Source: Bdellovibrionota bacterium FG-1 (GTDB taxonomy: Bacteria; Bdellovibrionota; UBA1018). Taken from it: a stretch of 64,000 nucleotides of DNA. Where the stretch lies: contig JBBCAW010000012.1 in NCBI GenBank assembly GCA_051382295.1, forward strand, positions 64,001 to 128,000. The letters run 5' to 3'. The position numbers and the translations under genes are program-made. The notes under the pieces were generated by a model. The model did not search any database, had not been told where the DNA came from, and saw only the letters and a list, made by a program, of their open reading frames with translations. Shown in pieces: positions 48,932 to 58,805 of this stretch (position 1 is its first letter; each line of letters starts with the position of its first letter).

Positions 48932-49907
48932 GTTTTAGGGCCGTGACCGGCGGTATCATGCTGACCCGATTGCGGCCCTGAGCTTTGGAAAGATAAACAC
49001 CTTCATCAGCGGCTTTAAGAATTTCCTCAGCGGTTTTGCCGTGGTCTGGAAAACTTGAGTAACCGATACTGACCGAAATACACCCAAGCGGTTGATGCTC
49101 ACCATGGGCAAATTTGGTTTGGGAGATGGTTGTCCTGATTCGTTCGGCTAAGACTTGCGCTCCTTGAAAGTCAATGCCCGGGCAGATCACTGCAAATTCT
49201 TCTCCCCCGTATCGGGCGACCTGATCGGTGGTTCGACAGCATCCCTTAAGAAGGGCCGCGAATTCTCTCAGAAGTTGGTCGCCGGCAGGATGGCCATTGC
49301 GGTCATTGTATTTTTTGAAATGATCCACATCGCAAAAAATAATCGCATAAGGCGTTCTATACCGATTGGAACGCGTATGCTCTTTGCCTAATTCGGTTTT
49401 GAAATATCTGAAATTATAAAGCTGAGTCATGTCATCCACGGTGCTCAAAATTTCCAGTTTACCGTTAGCGACTTGCACTTCCTCGAGGAGTGCGCGCATT
49501 TTAGCTTCGGCTTCCCGTCTAAAGGTGATGTCACGGGCAATGATCTGAAGCACGCGGTTTCCACCCCCCAGGTCAAGGGGACAAGCATGAACTTCGATAT
49601 TCAGGACTTTGCCCGATTTGAGTTTCCAGCGTGTCTCGAATTGCCGCGGATAGTATCGACGCATGGTGATCCGTAGCGCCTTGTTGAACTCGTCTTGGCA
49701 ATCGTTCTCAGCCCATTCCGTAACGACGTGCCCGACGATTTCATTTTCCGGAATTCCCAGAACGTGCTCACAGGCCGCGTTGGCTTCAATGATTTCGTAG
49801 GATTCCGGATTGAGTAGAAAAGTGGCGTCTAAAAGACGCTCAAACAGGTCCGAATAGGCCGCGAGTTCAGAGGGCTTTTTTATATTATCATGAGGCGACT
49901 GAGTCAT
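48924..49907 (-). CDS. PAS-GGDEF diguanylate cyclase
   Basis: PAS (AN-A---LG...RDIT), D-DHFK-YND--GH-AGD, RTTD I-site, RYGGEEF. Confidence 0.93.
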   Translation of the reverse strand: MTQSPHDNIKKPSELAAYSDLFERLLDATFLLNPESYEIIEANAACEHVLGIPENEIVGHVVTEWAENDCQDEFNKALRITMRRYYPRQFETRWKLKSGKVLNIEVHACPLDLGGGNRVLQIIARDITFRREAEAKMRALLEEVQVANGKLEILSTVDDMTQLYNFRYFKTELGKEHTRSNRYRTPYAIIFCDVDHFKKYNDRNGHPAGDQLLREFAALLKGCCRTTDQVARYGGEEFAVICPGIDFQGAQVLAERIRTTISQTKFAHGEHQPLGCISVSIGYSSFPDHGKTAEEILKAADEGVYLSKAQGRNRVSMIPPVTALKLS

Positions 49908-49926
49908 TCTTTACCTTCTATACCTT

Positions 49927-50367
49927 TCATTTCGTAATCACTTGGCAACTCCCTCGGATACAATAGGGAGCCGCGGGACTTACCCCACAACGTTCAGCGG
50001 TAAACGAGATCTTATTGCGTTCCTCGGAAATAACATTGAAGCGCTTTACGAGTTCAAGTAGAAATTCCTCGTCGGACCCTGTGGTAGAATAAATTAAAAA
50101 GCTATTGTAGCCTTCGCAAAGTTTTGGCCCGAGGCCAATGACGCGGCACTCGCTCGAGTCTTCACACTCCAGGGAGCTTGTATTGCTTTTAATTTTCTCC
50201 GCAAGCATTTTGAGCTGATCATCCAAAATGTGAATTTGTTCGAGATGTTTGTCCCAATCTCCGTTTTTGATGGGGGAGGGAAGGCACGAAAAATATCCAC
50301 CTAACCACGGAAGCATGAATAAGATCAAAACGATTGTTAAAGCAAAGAACCAGTGTTTTTTGGTCAT
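49927..50367 (-). CDS. Hypothetical Cys-rich membrane-anchored protein
   Basis: N-terminal TM; C----EC-----G-K-C-G...C--G-C; coupled to the oppC stop. Confidence 0.6.
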   Translation of the reverse strand: MTKKHWFFALTIVLILFMLPWLGGYFSCLPSPIKNGDWDKHLEQIHILDDQLKMLAEKIKSNTSSLECEDSSECRVIGLGPKLCEGYNSFLIYSTTGSDEEFLLELVKRFNVISEERNKISFTAERCGVSPAAPYCIRGSCQVITK

Positions 50368-51215
50368 GAATGCCATTTCCTCAATGATACAGGATCCAGC
50401 CAATCTCGGACGCCATCACCCAGATAATTGAACGCGAGCATCGTTAAAAAAAGTACTGTACCCGGAAAAATAATCAAGTGTGGAAAACTTTGCATGGCCC
50501 TAAAGCCTTCGTTGGCCAAGGTACCCCAGCTCGAAAAAGGCGGCTGAAGGCCGAGCCCAATAAATGAAAGGAAGCTTTCGGTCATGATGTTGGTTGGAAT
50601 TTGAATCGTCAGGGAAACAGTGATCGGTCCCCAAAGATTAGGCAAGATGTGTCGAAAAATGATTTCGGGCGTATGGGCCCCCACAGCGCGTGCCGATTCG
50701 ACATAGGCAAGATTACGGGCCTGCAAGACTTGGCCTCGAACCAATCGGGCGTGTGTGCCCCAAGCGGTGAGGCTGATCGCAATTAAGATCCCGGTAAACC
50801 CTCGGCCAAAAAGAAGGGTGAGTAAAATGGCGAGAAGCAATGACGGGAAAGTGTAAAATAGGTTAACGATGCCCATCAAAATGCGATCGGTCCATCCGCC
50901 CAAATATCCGGCTAGAGCTCCCGTGAGGGTCCCGATTAAAAGAGCGAAAATGGCTGTGCAAACGCCTACGGCCAGCGACATTCGTGCGCCATAGACGATC
51001 CGGCTGTAAAGATCGCGGCCAAGCGAATCAGTCCCCATGGGGTGTTCCCATGAAGGATTCTCAAGGCGTTGAGAGATGTTTTGTTCCTCGTAAGAAAAAT
51101 GAGTCACCAGGGGAGCAAGTGCTGCCATGACGCTGACTCCCGAAATAAAAACCAGGCTGATCACGGCTATTTTATGTCGAAGGGCGTGGACCCAAAATCG
51201 TTTTAAAAAGGTCAT
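50364..51215 (-). CDS. oppC: Oligopeptide ABC permease OppC/DppC
   Basis: HPMGTD-LGRD, EAA loop YVESARAVGA, LSFIGLG--PP--SWG. Confidence 0.9.
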   Translation of the reverse strand: MTFLKRFWVHALRHKIAVISLVFISGVSVMAALAPLVTHFSYEEQNISQRLENPSWEHPMGTDSLGRDLYSRIVYGARMSLAVGVCTAIFALLIGTLTGALAGYLGGWTDRILMGIVNLFYTFPSLLLAILLTLLFGRGFTGILIAISLTAWGTHARLVRGQVLQARNLAYVESARAVGAHTPEIIFRHILPNLWGPITVSLTIQIPTNIMTESFLSFIGLGLQPPFSSWGTLANEGFRAMQSFPHLIIFPGTVLFLTMLAFNYLGDGVRDWLDPVSLRKWHS

Positions 51216-52132
51216 TCGTTTGCTCGCATTCGAGGATCGATCCAGCCGTAAGCGAGGTCCACCAGGAGGTTAGACGATAGCAATACTATGCCATAGACCA
51301 GCGTAACCCCCATGACTAATGGATAGTCTCGATTGACGACGGCTTGGACAAAATGTTTTCCGAGGCCTGGAATTTGAAAAACGATTTCCACTAAAAAAGA
51401 TCCCGTGACGAGATTGGCCGCCACAGGGCCTAAGACCGTGATGACTGGAATGAGCGAATTTTTAAGGGCATGTTTAAAGATCACCTGTGTCTGCGAGAGC
51501 CCTTTGCTATAGGCGGTGCGAATATAGTCCGCCTGCAACGCTTCGAGCATCGAAGCCCGGGTGAGTCGGGCTATCATCGATAAGGGGCGACAGCCCAAGG
51601 CGATTGTCGGAAGCACCCAGGAGCTCGGTCCCTCCCAAAGCGCGGGAGGAAGCCAATGAAGCCAGAGTGAAAACACCAAAATCAAAAGGCTTGCGACCAA
51701 ATAGCTCGGCAGACTGACTCCCGCTACAGCCACGAAGACCGCCGAAGCGTCGATCCAGCTCCCTCTCTTGGCGGCGGCAATGGCTCCTAGCGGAATACCT
51801 AAGACAGCTGCGAACACGAGCGAAATAATTCCTAGAAAAACCGAGGTGGGAAGAGCCTCGCTAATGATGTCCGCCACAGGTCGCCCAACGTATTGGAAGG
51901 ATTCGCGCAAATCGCCGCGTAAAACGTCCTTCAGCCAGTGTCCATATTGAACAGCTAGCGGCTGATCAAGCTCGTATTTGTGTTGGATGTTGGCTTGAAT
52001 TTCTGGTGGCCAGACTCGCTCCGAATCAAAGGGCCCTCCTGGGGCCAAACGCAGCAAAAAGAAGGTCAGCGTGCAAAGTAAAAACAGCGTGGGGATTGCT
52101 CCTAATATCCGGCGAGCCGCGTAGATCAACAT
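51212..52132 (-). CDS. oppB: Oligopeptide ABC permease OppB/DppB
   Basis: LAPGGPF, DYIRTA-SKGL, HALKN, NRDYP, DPR. Confidence 0.9.
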   Translation of the reverse strand: MLIYAARRILGAIPTLFLLCTLTFFLLRLAPGGPFDSERVWPPEIQANIQHKYELDQPLAVQYGHWLKDVLRGDLRESFQYVGRPVADIISEALPTSVFLGIISLVFAAVLGIPLGAIAAAKRGSWIDASAVFVAVAGVSLPSYLVASLLILVFSLWLHWLPPALWEGPSSWVLPTIALGCRPLSMIARLTRASMLEALQADYIRTAYSKGLSQTQVIFKHALKNSLIPVITVLGPVAANLVTGSFLVEIVFQIPGLGKHFVQAVVNRDYPLVMGVTLVYGIVLLSSNLLVDLAYGWIDPRMRANE

Positions 52133-53001
52133 TGAGGATATTGTACCCATCCTGTTGAAATTGGAAATCCAGTAGGCATTTTTGCGCATCGATGGTTGTC
52201 CGCCAAAAGAGCGGTATAGGCACAAAGAAAAGCGTCAAATGCCGGTAAACTTTGGGATAATTTTCTGATGTCGCGTTCGTAAATAAAAATGTCGTGCCGT
52301 TTTGAGAGCGTCTCTAAGATTTGTTCTCGAGCGTGGCTTCCTTCCTCGAGCCGCCGATAGCTTTCAATCACCCGGCGCGATAATTCAAGTTCAAGGGCTA
52401 GAAGGGCGAGAGTCAGTTTGGGCCACACTTCATATAACGGAAAGGGGCCCAAATGGTGCCGAAGAAAATGCATCCGAGCGGTCAACGGGGCTTTGGTTCC
52501 TCCCAAGGTTTCATCGATCTCAAATCGATGAGAGAGGGGAAGTTTAGGCAAAACATGATAACGGATCCAAAGTTCGACGGGCCGTTGCGTGTAAGGCGTA
52601 AACTCCAGTACTCGGACGCGATCTCCCTCTTTTCGGAAGGTCTTGGCGGCTTTGCGGGCCGTTTCCCGCATCCACTTGACACTGGGGACCGTACAATGGG
52701 CGGGCTGTGGGCAATTTTTTCGAGTACAGGAAATACAAGGAGGAAGAGCTAAGGGAGCATTGATCCCAACACGTACAGTTTTGGGCTCCTGGGCGCCTGC
52801 TAGTTCGTTCATGAGTTCGACAAGCGCCTCATCGCCCGCGGTGATCATATTTTGATGCGCACCATGGGTGGTGAGGCGATCGTAAATATCGAGGAGAAAC
52901 ACCTTGTTTTCTTTGGGAAAATATTCAAGTGCGGCAAGCGCGGTCTTTTGGTTTTTTGCCCCGGCGAGTTCAATTCCGAGATAGTGGCGTGTTTCACCCA
53001 C
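52126..53001 (-). CDS. DUF429-like (RNase H-like fold) protein
   Basis: YLGIELAG----KT--A, GINAPL, EVWP, DAFLCA. Confidence 0.65.
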   Translation of the reverse strand: MGETRHYLGIELAGAKNQKTALAALEYFPKENKVFLLDIYDRLTTHGAHQNMITAGDEALVELMNELAGAQEPKTVRVGINAPLALPPCISCTRKNCPQPAHCTVPSVKWMRETARKAAKTFRKEGDRVRVLEFTPYTQRPVELWIRYHVLPKLPLSHRFEIDETLGGTKAPLTARMHFLRHHLGPFPLYEVWPKLTLALLALELELSRRVIESYRRLEEGSHAREQILETLSKRHDIFIYERDIRKLSQSLPAFDAFLCAYTALLADNHRCAKMPTGFPISTGWVQYPQC

Positions 53002-54127
53002 GGCTGATCAGAACCTCAAGGCCGCGTGGCACGGCGTGAAAGGGAAGAAGCTTGATTCCCTGTTGCGCGAACGCTTCTTGAGTTTGGGTTTTGATGGCTT
53101 CCGCGCGTTCTCCCAGAACGTCATCTAGATAAACAAAAAAGCAGCCGCCGCCGCCTGCTCCGCAAACTTTTCCGGAAATGGGAGAGATTTTCTGTGCAGC
53201 TTCAAAGGCTCGTTCCATTTCTAAAGTGGTAATTCCCGGTGCAAGCGTCTTACGGACCGCCCATTCTTCCGCGATCGCCACCCCCGCATCGTGCCAATTT
53301 CGAGTCATCAGCGCGGTTTCGAGGTGTTGGGTGGCTTTCACAATTTGGCCAAATTTAGTACGTACGCCGCCTTGCCCACGGTCATCAATAAAACTCTTAA
53401 AGAGCATCCAGTTGTTAATTCCTGAATTACGCGATTGGCCGGAGTAAAACAGCAAGATATGTTTTTCGAGATCCGCCAAAATTCCTTCGGGTAACCAAAC
53501 TCGTTCGTGTTGGCCTGCGCGCCATCTGAGGGATTGGAGACCTCCGAACATCGCGCCATAATAGTCTTGAATGCCGGCCGGAACCTGGATCACCGTGGTT
53601 TCGATATCCCGCACGATTTCGATGAGTTTTTCACCATCGCGCAAAATATCCAGGGTTTCTCGTTGGGTTCCTTCTCGGGCCCAACCTGCCAGCGCGCCCG
53701 CCATGGCGATGCTTAAAGTGGATGAGCCACCTAGGCCGGCCCCCGCAGGACTGCGGGCGCGTGAGCTGAGGGTCAGGTCAAAACCTAGGTTCTTGCGACC
53801 CGCCTGTTCTAATCGTTCACGGGCAAAATAGCGCAGAAGCTTGAGGTGAAGTTCAAGCGGAGCGGGCGCGGTGGCGGTGTCAAGCTCAGCCCAACCCATT
53901 TTGAGCGAGTGGCCTTGATCATCTGAGCGAAGGTGTACCGTACCCTTGTTCGGATCGGTTGTGGGGGTAATTTCCAGGGTTGTCTCGGCATAAAGATCGA
54001 TCCCCAGGTTGAGAGTAACGGGCTGCTCAAGAAAGAGATAGAGCGGCCATAAATCAACGGTCCCCCCGGCTAAGTCAATTCGGGTCGGCGCTTGAGCGTC
54101 AATTCTGAGTGGACGCTCAATGCTCAT
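52994..54127 (-). CDS. GHMP kinase (heptose-7-phosphate kinase HddA-like)
   Basis: APTRIDLAGG--D, P-GAGLGGSS, G-QD-Y, GKVCGAGGGG. Confidence 0.88.
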   Translation of the reverse strand: MSIERPLRIDAQAPTRIDLAGGTVDLWPLYLFLEQPVTLNLGIDLYAETTLEITPTTDPNKGTVHLRSDDQGHSLKMGWAELDTATAPAPLELHLKLLRYFARERLEQAGRKNLGFDLTLSSRARSPAGAGLGGSSTLSIAMAGALAGWAREGTQRETLDILRDGEKLIEIVRDIETTVIQVPAGIQDYYGAMFGGLQSLRWRAGQHERVWLPEGILADLEKHILLFYSGQSRNSGINNWMLFKSFIDDRGQGGVRTKFGQIVKATQHLETALMTRNWHDAGVAIAEEWAVRKTLAPGITTLEMERAFEAAQKISPISGKVCGAGGGGCFFVYLDDVLGERAEAIKTQTQEAFAQQGIKLLPFHAVPRGLEVLISRG

Positions 54128-54668
54128 GCTCGATATATCCGATATAGGGCAGCCCGCGAAACTTGCCTGCGTAATCTAGTCCGTAGCCTACGACAAACTC
54201 GTTGCCAATTTTAAAGCCCATATAGTCGACATCGACCTGCGTTTTGAGGGCGTCGGGCTTGAACAGCAGTGAGCAGGCCTTGATGGAAGCTGGTTTACGG
54301 GCTTTAAAGAGATCTAAAATATAGCTTAATGTCAGACCTGAATCGACAATATCTTCGAAAATGATCACATGTTTGCCTTCAAGCGGCTCGTTGATGTCGA
54401 GGGTGATTTTGACTTCGCCGGAGGATACCGTTTTGCCGCCATAGCTTGAACAAGCAAGAAATTCGCAGGTCAAGGGTACATCGATGTGACGGATGATGTC
54501 GGCAAAAAAGATAAAGCTTCCTTTGAGAATACAGACTGCGACGACTTGTTTGCCCCGGTAGTCCTGATTGAGTTCTTGGGCAAGCTCGGCGATTCGCGCC
54601 TGAAGTTTGACTTCAGGAATGAGCATTTTTGGTTTTTGATTGAGCATTGGATCATCAGACATAGGCAT
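54117..54668 (-). CDS. hpt: Hypoxanthine phosphoribosyltransferase
   Basis: ILKGSFIF, EDIVDSGLT, FVVGYGLDY---R-LPYI. Confidence 0.95.
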   Translation of the reverse strand: MPMSDDPMLNQKPKMLIPEVKLQARIAELAQELNQDYRGKQVVAVCILKGSFIFFADIIRHIDVPLTCEFLACSSYGGKTVSSGEVKITLDINEPLEGKHVIIFEDIVDSGLTLSYILDLFKARKPASIKACSLLFKPDALKTQVDVDYMGFKIGNEFVVGYGLDYAGKFRGLPYIGYIEHEH

Positions 54669-55479
54669 TATTCATGATCTCCCCGAAGCCACCGCCCCCT
54701 GGGACGATGTAGTGTTTTTCATTTAAGCCTTTTTCACGGTTCCAATGAGTACCCGGAACCGTGTCGAGGATTTCTGAAGAGGACAAGCCGCGGTCTAGCC
54801 GGAGGGCGTAGACAATGAGGTCTGGGTGGGTGGCCTGCACATGTTTTAAGTACTCCGGTGTAACGATACAGTGGAGCGCAACATATTGTAGGGCTTGCCC
54901 AGGGCGGGCTTTATAAATTCGAACCGCTTCGGCCAGGGTGCCGCCGGTAGCGCCCATGGGGTCCGGAAAAAGCACAATCGCACGATCGACGTCGCCCCCA
55001 ATTTTATGTCCAGAAACGTGAGAGCCGGTGACTTGATCTTGGTCATCGGTGGTGCGACCGATGCTGATGTGGTCTTGTCTGACAGTTTTTGGATTCATGA
55101 AATAATTCAGAGCAGTGTAGCAGATATGTGAAGGTAAGGTGCCAGCGCGAGCCAAGTTGACCGTGACCACGGGAGTGTCTGGATCGATAATAGGCCCTTG
55201 AAAGACGCCTTCAGCGTGGTGCTGGGCCATCCGAGTTCGGATGGCTGCCCGCCGAGTCGGGAATTCGTGGTTGACCACCGTTTCTAGGAGCGATGAATAA
55301 AGCGTCGTCACTAGCTCGTTGATGACGGGTTGGTAGGTGTCTTCAGCGCAAAGGCGGGCGAGATGGGAGAGTAGAAAAGGGTCAGAAAGTAGGTGAACAC
55401 GGGGTCCATACCGATGGTCCATCTCTGAAAGCCGGTAGTTGACGTGATGAAACTGCGAGTCGGCGTGCACCGTTTTCAT
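54655..55479 (-). CDS. upp: Uracil phosphoribosyltransferase
   Basis: LARAG, DPMGATGGT, LNE-HYIVPG-G-FG. Confidence 0.85.
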   Translation of the reverse strand: MKTVHADSQFHHVNYRLSEMDHRYGPRVHLLSDPFLLSHLARLCAEDTYQPVINELVTTLYSSLLETVVNHEFPTRRAAIRTRMAQHHAEGVFQGPIIDPDTPVVTVNLARAGTLPSHICYTALNYFMNPKTVRQDHISIGRTTDDQDQVTGSHVSGHKIGGDVDRAIVLFPDPMGATGGTLAEAVRIYKARPGQALQYVALHCIVTPEYLKHVQATHPDLIVYALRLDRGLSSSEILDTVPGTHWNREKGLNEKHYIVPGGGGFGEIMNNAYV

Positions 55480-56132
55480 CCTACGTTTCCTTTTTTAGCG
55501 GGTTTGAGGTCGGCATTGGCCATCGGCAGACCGAGTTCAGGCTGATCCAGCCCTTCTTCGGATTCATGGGGCTCATGACAGAAGCGACAACGGGCTTCAT
55601 ACATGTCCTTGGCTCCGACCACAACACGAGCGTTGGACAGGCCCTTGGGCGCAGCGATGCGTTGGGTTCGTGAAGCAGGGCCGCCACAAACGACGCAAAC
55701 CGCCTGAAGCTTGGTCACCTGTTCGGCGATTGCTAGGATCTTAGGCATGGGACCAAAGGGTTGGCCTCGAAAATCCATGTCCAATCCGGCGAGAATGACT
55801 CGCATTCCCCGATAGGCCAGCTTTTGGGCCACTTCGATGACAGAGTCATCAAAAAACTGGGCCTCGTCAATCCCGACCACGCGGGTATTATCTTCGACGA
55901 ACTTAAGAATATCTCGCGCCTTTTCGACAGGTCTTGAAAGAATTCGATTCGCGTCATGACTTTGCACATGTTCGACACTATATCGATCATCGATAATAGG
56001 TTTAAAAATCTGAACTTTTTGCCGGCCGATTTGCGCACGCTTGACCCGGCGAAGCAGTTCTTCCGTCTTGCCGCTGTACATGCTTCCACAAACGACTTCT
56101 ATAAATCCATGTAAAGTCCGATGGTACACCAC
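55476..56132 (-). CDS. tdk: Thymidine kinase
   Basis: CGSMYSGKTEEL, IDEAQFF, GLDMDFR--PF, C--C...Y-ARCR-CH. Confidence 0.95.
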   Translation of the reverse strand: MVYHRTLHGFIEVVCGSMYSGKTEELLRRVKRAQIGRQKVQIFKPIIDDRYSVEHVQSHDANRILSRPVEKARDILKFVEDNTRVVGIDEAQFFDDSVIEVAQKLAYRGMRVILAGLDMDFRGQPFGPMPKILAIAEQVTKLQAVCVVCGGPASRTQRIAAPKGLSNARVVVGAKDMYEARCRFCHEPHESEEGLDQPELGLPMANADLKPAKKGNVG

Positions 56133-56227
56133 TTACTCCCCGTTGCGCGCTCACGCGCGATCCACACCAATGGCTTTTCTGGGGCATATCATTTGGGGCG
56201 AAAAAATACTAACTCCAGTTGGGGTCT

Positions 56228-56758
56228 TTATTTCTTTGAAAAGAGGAGAAATTCCCCTTCTCTGATTAAATGACTCAAGAATCCATCATCCATCCCTCGG
56301 CAGCCTTTGACTGTTTCGGTATTTGCTCCCGTGCGTAGGGTCACCGTAAATGGGGATCGGCACATCTCAGGGCGAGGATCTTCGAGGGAGGCTGTGTGTT
56401 CGGCTGGATTTCGGTGTGGACTCTGAATAAACTGAGTGGCTTTGGTGAAAAAGTCCTCGTAACGCTTTCCGTCAATTGAGGTTTCTTTCAGGATTTGTCG
56501 ATCCAAATAAGTTTGCGCCATGCAGGATTCGTTCTTTGCTTTTGCCACAAAACGCCGGTGGCTGTGCCCGAGGACATAGTGGATCTCGACACTACTATCT
56601 GAAAGTGCTGGTTGTTGAAGGGCGACTCTTTGTTGTTCATGAGTTCCTTGTTTTGGCACCGAGGAGCAGGCTGTCCCCCAGTAGGGCAGGGTACCGAGTT
56701 CAAATACCATGAGGATGTGACAGACTTGGGAGATGAGGGTACGAGGCTGTGTGCTCAT
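56228..56758 (-). CDS. Hypothetical (lipo)protein
   Basis: 176-aa ORF coupled to the upstream gene; TAC lipobox-like. Confidence 0.5.
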   Translation of the reverse strand: MSTQPRTLISQVCHILMVFELGTLPYWGTACSSVPKQGTHEQQRVALQQPALSDSSVEIHYVLGHSHRRFVAKAKNESCMAQTYLDRQILKETSIDGKRYEDFFTKATQFIQSPHRNPAEHTASLEDPRPEMCRSPFTVTLRTGANTETVKGCRGMDDGFLSHLIREGEFLLFSKK

Positions 56759-57879
56759 AGATGCCTTCCAGGATTAAAATTAAAATCACAATAGGGGAAT
56801 TCTCGGGCGGGTGCCCGGACTGAAAGCGAAGTTGGGCCACACTGAAGGACGTCACGAACCTCTGGATTTTGTCCAAAAATTCGCTCGATTCGAATTTCGG
56901 GAGAGGGGTGGTGTTGAAGGTCGAACTCGTCATCTTCGTCCTGCTCGCAAAGATCTCGCACAGCATTGGTGGCGGCATTGAGAATTTGCCCCCCATGAAA
57001 CTCAGTTGCAAACGATTTCAGGGCTTCCCCAACAACTTGGACTGCCATCCAGTCGGCAAAGGTTTCCGAAAGTTGGTCGTTCTCGGCGCATTCACGACGA
57101 TTGGGAGGGGTAGTAATCAAGCCAGTACGGATAAAACAGGTCGAAATTCGGTCATAAGCGGGTATCTTGATCTGCGCGCTGCGGAGCTCACACGGGTCGA
57201 TGGAGTGGGCGAACTCATGGGCAAGAGTGAAAATGATATTGAATCGGCTCTTGGCATTGAGGACGTATGCACCACCGACACGCATGCGTAATTTTCCATC
57301 GCGCGTCCGTTCATAATAAACATCATTTTTAGTAAACAAATCAGGCTCATCTGAATAGACAGAGACGGGAGGCGGGAGTTGAAGTTCCGTTTTTCGGAGA
57401 CGTGTCTTGAGCTTCATTTTTTGAGAATTCGTAAAGACGTTGTAAGGTTGGCGGTCAATAAAACGTTCAATGGTGCCACGTACCCACTGATAGGTGTTTT
57501 CGATTCGCGCACGGCGCTTGGGCGTAAAAATGGTGCGTACCAATTCTTCGTCCACTTGGTCGCTGGCCCAGTCAGGGTGCAGGTGGATGATCTCTTCATA
57601 GGTTCGGAGCGCCTGTAATTCGCCATCCGCATCAGGGTGAACGGCCCCCGTAGGGTCGCGCGTTTCACCGCGTTTTCCGCAAATATTGCGGTAAAGTTGA
57701 CTGCAAAAGGCGTGGGATCCGGTGAGCGGTTTGGTAGCGGGCGAAGGCGGGGCGAGGACGGGATCAGTTTCGTGGATTGGGTTGGGCGTGCGAAACGAAG
57801 GGACAAAATAAGAGAGGGGGGCTGCCAATAAGATGAGCCCGAGGAGCAGCTTCAGTTTTTTTGAAATCGTTTTATCCAT
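56755..57879 (-). CDS. Membrane-anchored zinc metallopeptidase, M13 C-domain-like (gluzincin)
   Basis: HEFAHSID, E-FAD, H-P---R motifs. Confidence 0.65.
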   Translation of the reverse strand: MDKTISKKLKLLLGLILLAAPLSYFVPSFRTPNPIHETDPVLAPPSPATKPLTGSHAFCSQLYRNICGKRGETRDPTGAVHPDADGELQALRTYEEIIHLHPDWASDQVDEELVRTIFTPKRRARIENTYQWVRGTIERFIDRQPYNVFTNSQKMKLKTRLRKTELQLPPPVSVYSDEPDLFTKNDVYYERTRDGKLRMRVGGAYVLNAKSRFNIIFTLAHEFAHSIDPCELRSAQIKIPAYDRISTCFIRTGLITTPPNRRECAENDQLSETFADWMAVQVVGEALKSFATEFHGGQILNAATNAVRDLCEQDEDDEFDLQHHPSPEIRIERIFGQNPEVRDVLQCGPTSLSVRAPAREFPYCDFNFNPGRHL

Positions 57880-57982
57880 CCCCGTCCTATGCCTTATTAT
57901 CGTCAAAATACGGCGAGGGTGGAAGAGATTTATTTAATTCATTGTATGTAGTAAATGATGTCAAATAAATGACATTTTTATG

Positions 57983-58777
57983 TCAAAATACGGACGCAAA
58001 CATTTTGAGCAGGGCCAAGCCAAACACCAAGAAAATCAGGCCGATCAAAAAGAGCACTAAAAACTGAGGAAACAAGGCGATCAACATGGCCCGTCCCGAG
58101 CTCACTCGGTAGACTTCCTTGGCGCCGATCACGGTCACGGCAAGAATATAAAATCCCGAAATGACTCCGCCCAAGAGTGGAAGAGCGGCTAAAATTGAAG
58201 GAGTAAGGCCATAACAAATCACGCGAACGGCCGATTCAAAGGTGATTTCACGAGGGGCCTGATTTTTGCCCGGGGTGACGAGGATTCGTGCGCCCAAGTA
58301 GATCCAAAATGAAATAAAGAGAATTCTGGCTAAGGTGAGGAATGGATCCGCGATCACCGAGCCAGCGCCCCAGACCCAGTGCTGGATCCGCTCGCTCATT
58401 TCAAAAAGCTGCGCGGTTCGCCCCGGATGGTCGACTTCCGCGACATCGCCAGCCATCTGAATGATTTGATTGACGTACGATCCGATAGCGCCGCCGAGAA
58501 GTGAATTCCAAATGAAGGTAACCGACGCTCCAATCCAATGGACTACCAGCGCGAAAGCCAAAGGCCCGGCGAGCCCCCCTCGAACGGGCATCTGCCGAAA
58601 AAACTCCGTCGGACGAGTGAGGATTTGCCAAAGGCGCCCCCAGAATGCGCCAATAAGGGCTGGTCCCGATGGCGTTGCCCCGAACTCGCCGTCGAATCTC
58701 TCGCCGCAGTTTGGGCAAAAGGAAGGCTTGAGCGAGGGGTCTGAGAACTGTAGGCCACAATTAGGACACGACGTCAT
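57983..58777 (-). CDS. Zinc-ribbon + Yip1 domain membrane protein
   Basis: CPNCG twice, P--FF, about 5 TM helices. Confidence 0.8.
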   Translation of the reverse strand: MTSCPNCGLQFSDPSLKPSFCPNCGERFDGEFGATPSGPALIGAFWGRLWQILTRPTEFFRQMPVRGGLAGPLAFALVVHWIGASVTFIWNSLLGGAIGSYVNQIIQMAGDVAEVDHPGRTAQLFEMSERIQHWVWGAGSVIADPFLTLARILFISFWIYLGARILVTPGKNQAPREITFESAVRVICYGLTPSILAALPLLGGVISGFYILAVTVIGAKEVYRVSSGRAMLIALFPQFLVLFLIGLIFLVFGLALLKMFASVF

Positions 58778-58805
58778 GATAGATTCTCCTCGGGCAGGGC
58801 CGAGG

